From an uncultured bacterium (lineage in GTDB: Bacteria; Acidobacteriota; Thermoanaerobaculia; Multivoradales; JAHZIX01), in NCBI GenBank assembly GCA_965368975.1, contig CBDUPA010000001.1, positions 768,001-832,000 of the forward strand: a stretch of DNA of 64,000 nt. Reading direction: 5' to 3'. Below, in pieces: positions 8,460 to 17,073 of the stretch (position 1 is its first letter; each line of letters begins with the position of its first letter). Position numbers and translations under genes: made by a program. A model generated the notes under the pieces. That model saw nothing but the letters and a program-made list of their open reading frames with translations, was not told the origin of the DNA and made no database searches.

Positions 8460-9724
8460 ACGACGAGCATCGCGAGCTGCGGGTCGACGTGGTGGTGATC
8501 GGCGGCGGAATCGCCGGTCTCTGGGTGCTGGCGCACCTGCGAGCGCGCGGTTACTCGGCACTGCTGTGTGAAGGCGGCGACCTGGGCGCCGGCCAGACGA
8601 TCGCGGCGCAGGGCATCATTCACGGCGGCATCAAGTATGCCCTGGCGGGTACACGACCCGGGGCGCTGCCGGATGCATCGCGCGAGCTGGCCGCGATGCC
8701 CTCGCACTGGCTCGCGTGCCTGCGCGGCGAGCGTGATCCCGATCTGCGCGCCGCGCAGCTGCAGTCGCCGCACCATTACCTGTTCACCGATCGACGACTG
8801 GGCACGCGCATGACGGCCTTCCTGGCGAGCAAGAGCCTGCGAGCACAGGTGACGCCGGTGGCGGCGGCCGACTTGCCCGAACTGCTAGCGCGCGGTGGCT
8901 CGCGTTTCGGCGGCGCGGCCTACCGGGTCGACGAGCCAGTGGTCGACGTACGCTCGGTGCTGGCGGCGCTGCGCGGCCACAACCTGCCGGCGCTGCTGGC
9001 CGTCGACCCCGCGGGGACCCATCTGGTGGAGCGCGACGGCGTCCTTGTGGGGGTCGATGTCGTGGCACGTGCTCCCTCCGGACAGAAACTGCGCCTGCTG
9101 TGCCAGCGGCTTGTGCTGACCGCCGGAGTCGGCAACGAGACGCTGTGTCGAGGCCTATCACGGCCACCGGCCATGCAGCGACGGCCGCTGCGCATGGTGT
9201 TGGTGCGCGGCAAGGGCGTGCAGCATCGCGACGGCTTGCCGTCCTTCTACGGCCACTGCGTGGCGACGGCCAGCGACAAGCCACGCTTCACCCTTGTCAG
9301 TTTCGTCGACGCACAGGGCCGATCGGGGTGGTACCTGGGGGGCCAGCTGTCCGAGAGCGGGGCGGACCGCGATAGCGTTGCGCAACTCGACGCCGCACGC
9401 GCGGAACTGGCCGCCGTGCTGCCCTGGATCAACCTCGACGCCTGCGAGATGACGACGCTGGCGCTGGATCGGGCCGAAGGACAGCAGGCGTCCGGCGGTC
9501 GCCCGGCGGGACCCGTGGTTGTCGACGACGGTGCGGTGACGGTGGTCTGGCCGACCAAGCTGGCCTTTGCGCCACGGGTTGCCGAGCAAGTCGAGGAGCG
9601 ACTGCGCCACGCAGGTGTGCGGCCGCAGAGCTCGCCCGACGGCACGACCGAGGCACTGCACTCCTGGCCGCGGCCGCGGCTGGCTGCTTGTCCGTGGGAC
9701 GAGGAGGCACGATGGCAGTCGTAG
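8456..9724 (+). CDS. FAD-dependent oxidoreductase (DAO/GlpD-like)
   Basis: DVVVIGGGIAG dinucleotide-binding motif, GQTIAAQGIIHGG, WPTKLAFAP. ATGA overlap with hldE fixes the start. Confidence 0.85.
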   Translation: MNDEHRELRVDVVVIGGGIAGLWVLAHLRARGYSALLCEGGDLGAGQTIAAQGIIHGGIKYALAGTRPGALPDASRELAAMPSHWLACLRGERDPDLRAAQLQSPHHYLFTDRRLGTRMTAFLASKSLRAQVTPVAAADLPELLARGGSRFGGAAYRVDEPVVDVRSVLAALRGHNLPALLAVDPAGTHLVERDGVLVGVDVVARAPSGQKLRLLCQRLVLTAGVGNETLCRGLSRPPAMQRRPLRMVLVRGKGVQHRDGLPSFYGHCVATASDKPRFTLVSFVDAQGRSGWYLGGQLSESGADRDSVAQLDAARAELAAVLPWINLDACEMTTLALDRAEGQQASGGRPAGPVVVDDGAVTVVWPTKLAFAPRVAEQVEERLRHAGVRPQSSPDGTTEALHSWPRPRLAACPWDEEARWQS

Positions 9725-10296
9725 CTCGCGGCCGGACCTCGCGTGCCTTCGTGCTGCTCGATCGAGATGGCACCGTGATCGAGAACCGCGGCTATGTCGG
9801 GGATCCCGAAGACGTCGTGCTGCTGCCCAACGCGGCGGCCGGCCTGCGCCGCTTTCGAGCCCTGGGCTACGGCCTGGCCCTGGTGACCAACCAGAGCGGT
9901 CTCGGCCGTGGCTACTTCGACACGCGGCAGCTGGCGGCGGTGCACCAGCGCCTGGCTGCCGTGCTCGCCGAAGAGCAGCTTGTCCTCGACGGCATCTACG
10001 TGTGCCCGCATCGACCCGAGGCGCAGTGCACCTGCCGCAAGCCGCAGCCGGGCCTGGGCCTGCAGGCAGCCGAGGAGCTGGGGATCGATCTGCGGCAGAG
10101 CGTCCTGATCGGGGACAAGCGAAGCGACATCGACTGTGGGCGCCGCCTGGGAGCTCGGACGATCCTCGTCCGCACCGGCTATGGCGCCGAGACGGAAGCG
10201 GCAGGCACCGTGCCATGCACTTACGTGGCCGGCGATCTCTACCAAGCTGCCGAGTTCACGGCAGCACTCGGACCAAGAAGGGAAGACTCCTCATGA
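9712..10296 (+). CDS. gmhB: D,D-heptose 1,7-bisphosphate phosphatase (HAD)
   Basis: LDRDGT, VTNQSG, CPH..CTCRKP and IGDKRSD motifs; GAGGAGG RBS. Confidence 0.92.
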   Translation: MAVVARGRTSRAFVLLDRDGTVIENRGYVGDPEDVVLLPNAAAGLRRFRALGYGLALVTNQSGLGRGYFDTRQLAAVHQRLAAVLAEEQLVLDGIYVCPHRPEAQCTCRKPQPGLGLQAAEELGIDLRQSVLIGDKRSDIDCGRRLGARTILVRTGYGAETEAAGTVPCTYVAGDLYQAAEFTAALGPRREDSS

Positions 10297-10952
10297 GGGA
10301 TGTCAAGATCGATGCAGCCTGGACCGCCGGAGCCAAGGACTACGTGCGCGAGTACATGCTCGGCACCATCCGGACGCAACAAGAAACGCTGGCCGTCTGT
10401 GAACCTGACATCATCGCCGTGGCCACGCTGCTGCTGCGTTGCTACCAGCAGGGGGGCAAGCTGCTGCTGTGCGGCAATGGCGGCAATGCCGCGACCTGCG
10501 AGCACATCGCCGGTGAGCTGGTGAGCGCCCTCAACCACGACATCGAGCGGCCGGGCCTGCCGGCGCTGTCTCTATCGCAGACCTCCTCGATGATCACCGG
10601 TCACGCCAACGACTTCGATTTCAACCTCATCTTCGAGCGCCAGGTCGAAGCCTTCGGTCAGCCGGACGACGTGCTGCTCGGGATCAGTACCAGCGGTAGT
10701 TCCAGGAATGTCGCCATCGCCATGCAGCTGGCGCGGCGGCGCGGCCTGCGCACGGTCGGCTTGACCGGCATGGATGCTGGAAGCGTCAGCGCTGCCAGTG
10801 ACCTGTGCGTGCGCGTGCCGAGCCGCAGTACGCAGTTCATTCAGGAAGCGCACATAGCGATTGGCCATATGCTGTGTGCCTTCGTCGAGGAAGGGCTCTA
10901 CACCGCTGCGATGGTGCCGCGGCTGGAAGTGTTCGCGCAGGTGTCGACCTGA
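10293..10952 (+). CDS. gmhA: Phosphoheptose isomerase (SIS domain)
   Basis: CGNGG, HIAGE, ANDF, FERQVEA, ISTSGSS and IQEAH motifs; ATGA overlap with gmhB. Confidence 0.9.
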   Translation: MRDVKIDAAWTAGAKDYVREYMLGTIRTQQETLAVCEPDIIAVATLLLRCYQQGGKLLLCGNGGNAATCEHIAGELVSALNHDIERPGLPALSLSQTSSMITGHANDFDFNLIFERQVEAFGQPDDVLLGISTSGSSRNVAIAMQLARRRGLRTVGLTGMDAGSVSAASDLCVRVPSRSTQFIQEAHIAIGHMLCAFVEEGLYTAAMVPRLEVFAQVST

Positions 10953-11809
10953 TGGCCGCCGCAGGACTGGAGACACCCGCGGCGGCCCGCCGGCTCTGGC
11001 GGTTCCTGGTGGTCGAGCTGGCGGACATCTGGACGCGCTTGCTGGAAGGCGCCATGGCGTCGCGCAGCGAGACGGCGGATTCACGGCTGGTGTGGGGCGT
11101 CGAGGATGAGCTGCGCCAGCGCACGGTGGCGTTCCTGGCGCAGCTGTACCCCGGCGTGCCGGTGAATGAGGAAGGGGTGTCGCAGTGGCCGCCGGCCGGT
11201 GATGCCTGCGTGCTCGACCTGGTCGACGGCACCAATAGCCTGCTCCTGGGCGCACCCTTCTTCGGCCTGCAGTTCGCGCTGGTGCGGGCGGGCACAGTCG
11301 AAGAGGCTGTCCTCTTCCTGCCGGCCGAAGAGCGCCTGGGCGGCGGTGGTCTCTACCGCGCCCGGCGCGGTGGCGGAGCCTTCTACACGCTGCAGGGAGA
11401 GACGGATGTGCGCCTGCGCGTCTCCGACCAGCGCGACCTCGCCAGCTCGACGATCGCCTTCGACGGCACGACGCCCAACGTGCGCAAGCTCTACCACCCG
11501 ACGTTGGTGTCGGCGGTCACCCGCATTCGCAACTTCGGTGCCTTCTGCTGGGCCGGCACGCGCCTGGCGCGCGGTCGTCACCTGCCGGTCAGTTGCGACG
11601 CCGTGGTGGCGATCGGCAACCGGCCCTGGGACCACCTGCCGTCGATCCTGCTGGTCGAGGAAGCGGGGGGCACAGTGAGTGGTCACTACGGGCCGTACTC
11701 GCTGACCGACTGCACCGAGCTCGTGCTATCCAACGGTCATCTGCACGCGGAGGTGCTGCGCCGGCTGCACGAGATTCTGCCGCCCCCGGCCGGTGCTGCT
11801 GCCGTATGA
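10952..11809 (+). CDS. Inositol monophosphatase family (FIG) phosphatase
   Basis: NEE, DLVDGTN (DPxDGT variant) and PWDHLPSILLVEEAGG; TGATG overlap with gmhA. Confidence 0.85.
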   Translation: MAAAGLETPAAARRLWRFLVVELADIWTRLLEGAMASRSETADSRLVWGVEDELRQRTVAFLAQLYPGVPVNEEGVSQWPPAGDACVLDLVDGTNSLLLGAPFFGLQFALVRAGTVEEAVLFLPAEERLGGGGLYRARRGGGAFYTLQGETDVRLRVSDQRDLASSTIAFDGTTPNVRKLYHPTLVSAVTRIRNFGAFCWAGTRLARGRHLPVSCDAVVAIGNRPWDHLPSILLVEEAGGTVSGHYGPYSLTDCTELVLSNGHLHAEVLRRLHEILPPPAGAAAV

Positions 11810-12396
11810 CGGGCGATACCGAGCGTCCGCTGATCCTGGTGCTGTGTGGCTGGCCGCTATCGGGCAAGACCTCGACGGCGGCACACCTGCAGCGCCGGCT
11901 CGACGTCCACGTGGCCGATGTCGACCGCATCGCCCACGCCGCGGTCGGTCCGCCCGAGCCGGACTGGCGTGCCACCGAAGCGGGGCGTCGGCGCAATCTC
12001 AACCGCATGGCGATGGCCTACGACATGCTGCACCACGCCGTGCGTGTCCACCTCGAAGTCGCCGAGCCGGCGCGCTCGCTACTGGTCGTGTCGACCTACT
12101 CGCGGACCAGCAGCTGGCAGTACCTGCAGCAGGTCCTGGCGCCGCATCCGCAGGTACGTCTGGAGATCGCCTGGCTGTGCCCGGTCGATGACTCGCCCGA
12201 GACGGTCGAGCGCTTGCTGGCACAGCGTTCGGACGCCTACCTGGGGGCCTGCACCAGTACCGCCGAGTACTTCGACGTCAAGGAACGCTTCGAAGCGCCA
12301 ACCTTGCCGCACCTGCGCGTCGACAGCTGGCTGCGCAACTCGCCGCAAGCCTGTGCCGGCCAGATCGCGGACTACCTGCGGAGCCAGGAGGCCTGA
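11806..12396 (+). CDS. Small P-loop kinase (AAA_33 / nucleoside- or gluconate-kinase-like)
   Basis: Walker A GWPLSGKT near the N-terminus followed by DVD; ATGA overlap. Confidence 0.8.
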   Translation: MTGDTERPLILVLCGWPLSGKTSTAAHLQRRLDVHVADVDRIAHAAVGPPEPDWRATEAGRRRNLNRMAMAYDMLHHAVRVHLEVAEPARSLLVVSTYSRTSSWQYLQQVLAPHPQVRLEIAWLCPVDDSPETVERLLAQRSDAYLGACTSTAEYFDVKERFEAPTLPHLRVDSWLRNSPQACAGQIADYLRSQEA

Positions 12397-13760
12397 TGCT
12401 GTTTCATCGCCGGTTGGACTACGACTATCCGACGATCGTGCGTGGAGAAGGCTGCACGCTGATCGATCGCGACGGCAAGACCTACTTCGACGCCGCCGGT
12501 GGCGCGGCGGTGGCGATCCTCGGCCACAGCGTCCGGGACCTGCTGCAGCAGGCTGTGGATCGAGTCGACTGGAGCTACCTGCACGGTGCACAGTTCACCT
12601 CGGAGGATCTCGAGACCTACGGTCGGCGCCTCGTCGAGCTGGTGGCGGGAACCTCCTCGTCGGAGAGCAACCTGTCGCACGTGCTGCTGGTGGGCAGCGG
12701 CTCGGACGCCGTGGAGACGGCGATCAAGCTGGTGTACCAGTACTCGCGAGCCAGTGCACCCGGTGCACAGGAGGGTGCGACCGGTCGACACGAGAAGGCC
12801 AAGATCATTGCCACCGAGCCGGGGTACCACGGTGCCACCGGGCTGGCTCTGGCGGTCACCGGCAAGGCCACGAACCGCCGTGCCTTCCAAGGATTGTTGC
12901 GCGAGCATCCTTTCGTCGCCGCGCCGGATGCCTACCGGCGACCGGCCGGGCAGAGCCTGGAGGCGCACGGCGAAGCCTGTGCCGAGGAGCTGGAGCGCGT
13001 CGTGCTGCGCGAGGGGCCGGAGACCTGCCTGGCTTTCCTGGTCGAGCCGGTGATCGGATCGGGCATCGGCGTTGGTGTGTCACCGCCGGGCTACCTGCGT
13101 CGCGTGCGCGACATCTGTGACCGCTACGACCTGGCGCTGATCTTCGACGAGGTGATGTGCGGCTTTGGCCGCTGTGGTGCCTGGACGGCGGCTGAACTGT
13201 GGGATGTTCAGCCCGACGTGTTGATCCAGGGCAAGGGACTGGCGGCGGGGCTGCTGCCACTGTCCGCGGTCTATGCCAGCCGCCGCATCGTCGACGGCAT
13301 TCGCGAGCACTCCGGCAACTTCCAGCACGGCTTCACCTTCACCAATCACGCCCTGGCGGCGACGGTGGGCAACCTGGTGCTCGACCAGCTGCAGCAGCAC
13401 GACCTGCTGGCCAACGTCCGCCACCAAGGGGAGTTCTTGCGTCGGCGGTTGCAGGAGCTGACGGCCTTCTCGTGGATCGACGACGTGCGGGGCCTGGGCC
13501 TGCTCAACGGCTTCGAGCTGGTGGCCGACAAGACGGCGCGGCGTTCCTTCGCGCGGTCGGAGCACGTCGCCGAGCGCTTCGTGCAGCGGGCGATGCACCA
13601 CGGCGGCAACTTCTACTTCGCGGTCGGCTACCTGCCCAACGGCGATGGCGATGCCATCCTGATGATGCCGCCCTACAACCTGACGAGCGACGGTGTCGAC
13701 CGGATGGTGGCGATCCTACACGCCACTGCCGGGGACCTGGACCGGGAGCTGAGACCTTGA
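12396..13760 (+). CDS. Class III PLP-dependent aminotransferase
   Basis: YFDAAGG, SGSDAVETAIK, YHG, VEPV, DEVMCGFGRCG, GKGLAAG and HGFTF motifs. Confidence 0.93.
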   Translation: MLFHRRLDYDYPTIVRGEGCTLIDRDGKTYFDAAGGAAVAILGHSVRDLLQQAVDRVDWSYLHGAQFTSEDLETYGRRLVELVAGTSSSESNLSHVLLVGSGSDAVETAIKLVYQYSRASAPGAQEGATGRHEKAKIIATEPGYHGATGLALAVTGKATNRRAFQGLLREHPFVAAPDAYRRPAGQSLEAHGEACAEELERVVLREGPETCLAFLVEPVIGSGIGVGVSPPGYLRRVRDICDRYDLALIFDEVMCGFGRCGAWTAAELWDVQPDVLIQGKGLAAGLLPLSAVYASRRIVDGIREHSGNFQHGFTFTNHALAATVGNLVLDQLQQHDLLANVRHQGEFLRRRLQELTAFSWIDDVRGLGLLNGFELVADKTARRSFARSEHVAERFVQRAMHHGGNFYFAVGYLPNGDGDAILMMPPYNLTSDGVDRMVAILHATAGDLDRELRP

Positions 13761-14845
13761 GTCACCTGGAGATCAAGACCGACTGCCGCCACTTCAACGG
13801 CTACAAACCCTGCCGGCCGCACAAGCAGCGCGGCGTCCACTGCGCCGACTGCGACAGCTATGCGCCGACCGAGGGCGACATCCTGATCATCAAGCTGGAG
13901 GCAGCGGGCGAGGTGCTGCGCAACACGCCGCTGCTGGCGCCGATCCGGCGGCAGTTTCCGCACGGCCGAATTTTCTGGCTCACCAAGTATCCGCAGCTGA
14001 TTCCCAAGGACGAGGTGTTTCGAGTGGTTGAGTTCGACCTCGCGGGGACGCTACTGGTGCAGGACATCGAGTTCGACCTGCTGCTGTCGCTGGACAAGGA
14101 CCTCGAGGCCTGCGCCCTGGCCAACCGCATTCGAGCCAAGGTCAAGAAGGGCTTCACACAGCGTTCCGGTGTCATCGTGCCGTTCGACGACGACAGCCGG
14201 ACGAAATGGCAGACCGGGGTGTTCGACGACCTGATGAAGGCCAGCACCGAGCACTACCTGGACGAGATCTTCAACATCTGTGGTTATACGTTCGACGGTG
14301 AGCCCTACGTGCTGCCCGAGTTCACGCCGCCGCGGGTCGAAGGGCTCGACGCCGGCAAGCCGCTGGTGGTGCTCAACACCGGCGCCGGAGACAAGTGGCG
14401 GCCGCGCATCTACTCGACGGTGGGATGGGTGCGGCTGGCGCAGGATCTGCTCGCCGGCGGGCGCAACGTGGTGATCGCCGGCGGCCCCGACGAGCACGAG
14501 AAGAACCAGCGCATCGCCGCCGACTCCGGAGCCTGCTACCCCGGGGTCTTCTCGTACGTCGACTTCCTCGGCCTGCTCAGCCTGGCCGATGTCGTCGTCA
14601 CGTCGGTGACCTTCGCGCTGCACGCCGCCATCGGCTTGCACAAGCCGGTCGTCACCCTCAACAACACCTTCAACCGGCACGAGATCTACGCCTACGCGCC
14701 GATCGAGATTCTGGAGCCCGATCTGCCGTGCCTGATGTGTTACAAGCAGGACTTCGACGACGCCTGCCTCCAGCACCACTGTCTGGACCTGATCACTCCC
14801 GGGCAGATTCGGCAGGCGGTCGAGCGCTTGCTGCGTGGGCTCTGA
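13757..14845 (+). CDS. Glycosyltransferase family 9 (heptosyltransferase-like) with N- and C-terminal Cys clusters
   Basis: IIKLEAAGEVLRNTPL, LNTGAG..W, GGPDE and LHAAIGL motifs; DCRHF..KPC..CxxC and CxxC..C..C. TTG start overlaps the upstream TGA, with a GGGAG RBS. Confidence 0.88.
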   Translation: MSHLEIKTDCRHFNGYKPCRPHKQRGVHCADCDSYAPTEGDILIIKLEAAGEVLRNTPLLAPIRRQFPHGRIFWLTKYPQLIPKDEVFRVVEFDLAGTLLVQDIEFDLLLSLDKDLEACALANRIRAKVKKGFTQRSGVIVPFDDDSRTKWQTGVFDDLMKASTEHYLDEIFNICGYTFDGEPYVLPEFTPPRVEGLDAGKPLVVLNTGAGDKWRPRIYSTVGWVRLAQDLLAGGRNVVIAGGPDEHEKNQRIAADSGACYPGVFSYVDFLGLLSLADVVVTSVTFALHAAIGLHKPVVTLNNTFNRHEIYAYAPIEILEPDLPCLMCYKQDFDDACLQHHCLDLITPGQIRQAVERLLRGL

Positions 14846-14881
14846 GCCAGCGGGCCGGCCCAATCTCCAACCACGGCCGGC

Positions 14882-16729
14882 TCAGTCTCCGACCACAGGA
14901 TGTGTTCGGGGCGTCGGAATCTCCGGCAACAAGGACGGCGGCAGGGATCTGCGGGGCGATGGAGCAGGGGCCGATTGATCCGCGGGGTGCTCTGCGCCGC
15001 GCCTGGCGATTCGACGCTGGCTGGTCGCCAGTGCGTCGAGCGTACGGGACCGTTGCTGCTCGGTCAGGTCCGGTAGCTCGTTCTGGACCAGGCGAGCCTG
15101 TTCGAGCAGGACGCGCGCACGCTCGGGCAGGCCGACCCGGTTGCACAACTCGCCCAGAGTGACGAGCAACTGCAAGCGCAGGGCCGGGTCGACGCTGGAG
15201 TCGCCGCCGAGTCCCGGCGGGTCGGCCTGGAGCAACTCCTGGAGTTGTGAGTCTTGCAGCAGAGGGTTCTGCACGAGTGGGTCGCCCGCCGGTTCGTCGT
15301 CGGCGCCGCTGTTCTGGGCCGGTGCTCGATCCGGGTGCGCCTGCAGCAGGGTCAGCAGGTGGCGAATGGTATGCGTCGCTTCGGCCTGCCGTGTTTCGGC
15401 CGCGGCAGCCTGGCGTCGGGCTTCGGCGCTCTGGAAGTGGTAGACGCTCAGGCCGCTGATCAGCCCGCTGATCAGCCCGGATATCACCACCAACAGGGCC
15501 GCCGCGGTCAGCGGGTAGCGGCGCATCGGCTGTATCCAGCGCCGGGCGCGGTAGCGTTGCGCGGCGCCGATCGGCTCGTCCGCCAGATGCCGGCGTAGGT
15601 CTTCGGCCAACTCGGTGGCCGAACCGTACCGGTGATCGCGCTCGCGGGCCATGGCCTTGAGAACGATTCGATCCAGATCGCCCTGCAGGCGGCGATTCAG
15701 CGACAGCGGCGTAGCGTCCCGGTCGGTGGCCAGATACCAGCGTTCGCGCGTCGGCAGCGCCGCCAGTCGCCGGCTCGGGGGTGGTGCGTCGAACTCGGAC
15801 ATGCGGCGCATGAAGGCGAGGACACTCTCTTCCTGACGCTCGAACGGGAGTTCACCGACCAGTAGGATGTAGAGCAGCACGCCGAGGGCGTAGATGTCGG
15901 AGCGGATGTCGGCGTCGGCACTGACGTCGGGTTTGTCGCTGAACAGCTCGGGGCTGACAAAGGCCGGCGTGCCTAGTAGCACGTTGCCCGTCCGCAGGCT
16001 CGGATCCGCGATGGTCGCGTCGAGGGTTTTGGCAATGCCGAAGTCGATGATCTTGGGCACCGCCAGGCCGCCTTGCTCGGTGACCAGCACGTTCTCGGGC
16101 TTGATGTCGCGGTGCAACACGCCCTTCTGGTGCGCGTGGTGGATGCCGGCACAGACGTCGAGAAAGAGTTCCAGGCGTCGCTCGATGTTCAGCCGCCCAC
16201 GGTCGCAGTAGCGCAGCAGGGACACGCCCGGCACGTGCTCCATGACGAAGTAGGGACGCCCGTCCGGTAGATCACCGGCCTCGTACACCTGGGCGATATT
16301 CGGATGGCTCATGCGCTCCAAGGCCTGCCTCTCGACCTCGAAGCGGTACATCAGTTTGCGCTGGTCGGGGCGTGCACGCGTGACCTTGACGGCCACCTGG
16401 CGCTCGATCGGCTCGGTCTGCTCGGCCAGGTACACGCTGCCCATGCCGCCCTCGCCCAGCAGCTCCAGCAGACGGTAGCGGCCGATGTACTCGGGCACGC
16501 TAGCCAGGCCGGTCGCGGTCGCAGAAGTAGCGGGCGGCAGCTCGATCTCGCGGCTCGGTGCCTTGGGTAGAAAGCCAGTGATTTCGAGCTGCGACGGCAA
16601 CAGAGACTCGGCCCAGCGGCGCAACTGGGGCGCATCGATACAGGCCTTCTCGATATAGGCCAAGCGTTGGCTTTCTGGCAATGCGGCGGCGGCCTCGACG
16701 ATCTCGATCAGGCGCTGCTGCTCAGCCAT
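14882..16729 (-). CDS. Membrane-anchored Ser/Thr protein kinase
   Basis: LGEGGMG, HRDIKPEN, DFG and GTPAFVSPE; N-terminal helical AAALP..R.AY...AC..LR...ESLL segment; TM helix. Start trimmed to ATG 16729. Confidence 0.92.
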   Translation of the reverse strand: MAEQQRLIEIVEAAAALPESQRLAYIEKACIDAPQLRRWAESLLPSQLEITGFLPKAPSREIELPPATSATATGLASVPEYIGRYRLLELLGEGGMGSVYLAEQTEPIERQVAVKVTRARPDQRKLMYRFEVERQALERMSHPNIAQVYEAGDLPDGRPYFVMEHVPGVSLLRYCDRGRLNIERRLELFLDVCAGIHHAHQKGVLHRDIKPENVLVTEQGGLAVPKIIDFGIAKTLDATIADPSLRTGNVLLGTPAFVSPELFSDKPDVSADADIRSDIYALGVLLYILLVGELPFERQEESVLAFMRRMSEFDAPPPSRRLAALPTRERWYLATDRDATPLSLNRRLQGDLDRIVLKAMARERDHRYGSATELAEDLRRHLADEPIGAAQRYRARRWIQPMRRYPLTAAALLVVISGLISGLISGLSVYHFQSAEARRQAAAAETRQAEATHTIRHLLTLLQAHPDRAPAQNSGADDEPAGDPLVQNPLLQDSQLQELLQADPPGLGGDSSVDPALRLQLLVTLGELCNRVGLPERARVLLEQARLVQNELPDLTEQQRSRTLDALATSQRRIARRGAEHPADQSAPAPSPRRSLPPSLLPEIPTPRTHPVVGD

Positions 16730-16933
16730 GGTGTGGGACTTGGCTGCCAAAGCTTCCCCTCTGGATCCAGCGAGTCCTGGTGACGCGGGCTCGGACGCTG
16801 GTTGTGGGTATCTCGTGGGCCGGCATCCAGGCCTTCCAGAGGTCCGGAAGGTCGAAGAATCCGACACATCATTGTGACCGGAAGTCCCCAAGGGGTCAAC
16901 ATGACACTCCCTGTGAGGGCTTTTCGTGAGTAG

Positions 16934-16948
16934 TGACACAAAATGTCA
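16934..16948. promoter_or_regulatory. TGACA-N5-TGTCA inverted repeat in a divergent promoter region
   Basis: Perfect 5-5-5 palindrome in an AT-rich patch between the kinase and CAP genes. Confidence 0.35.
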
Positions 16949-17073
16949 GAGGGTGTTCGGGTTTTGACTCAGTGCCGTGAGCCGATCCGCAAGGGGCCTG
17001 CCGCCAGCAGGTCCTCGACGCCGGGACGAAGTGGTGTGGCTCTTGCATCGATTTGGAGTTACAGGAGGTTCTC

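Noticed and set aside
15448-15485. 12-bp repeat encoding ISGLISGLISGL in the kinase TM helix
   Set aside because: A small in-frame slippage duplication with no evident significance.
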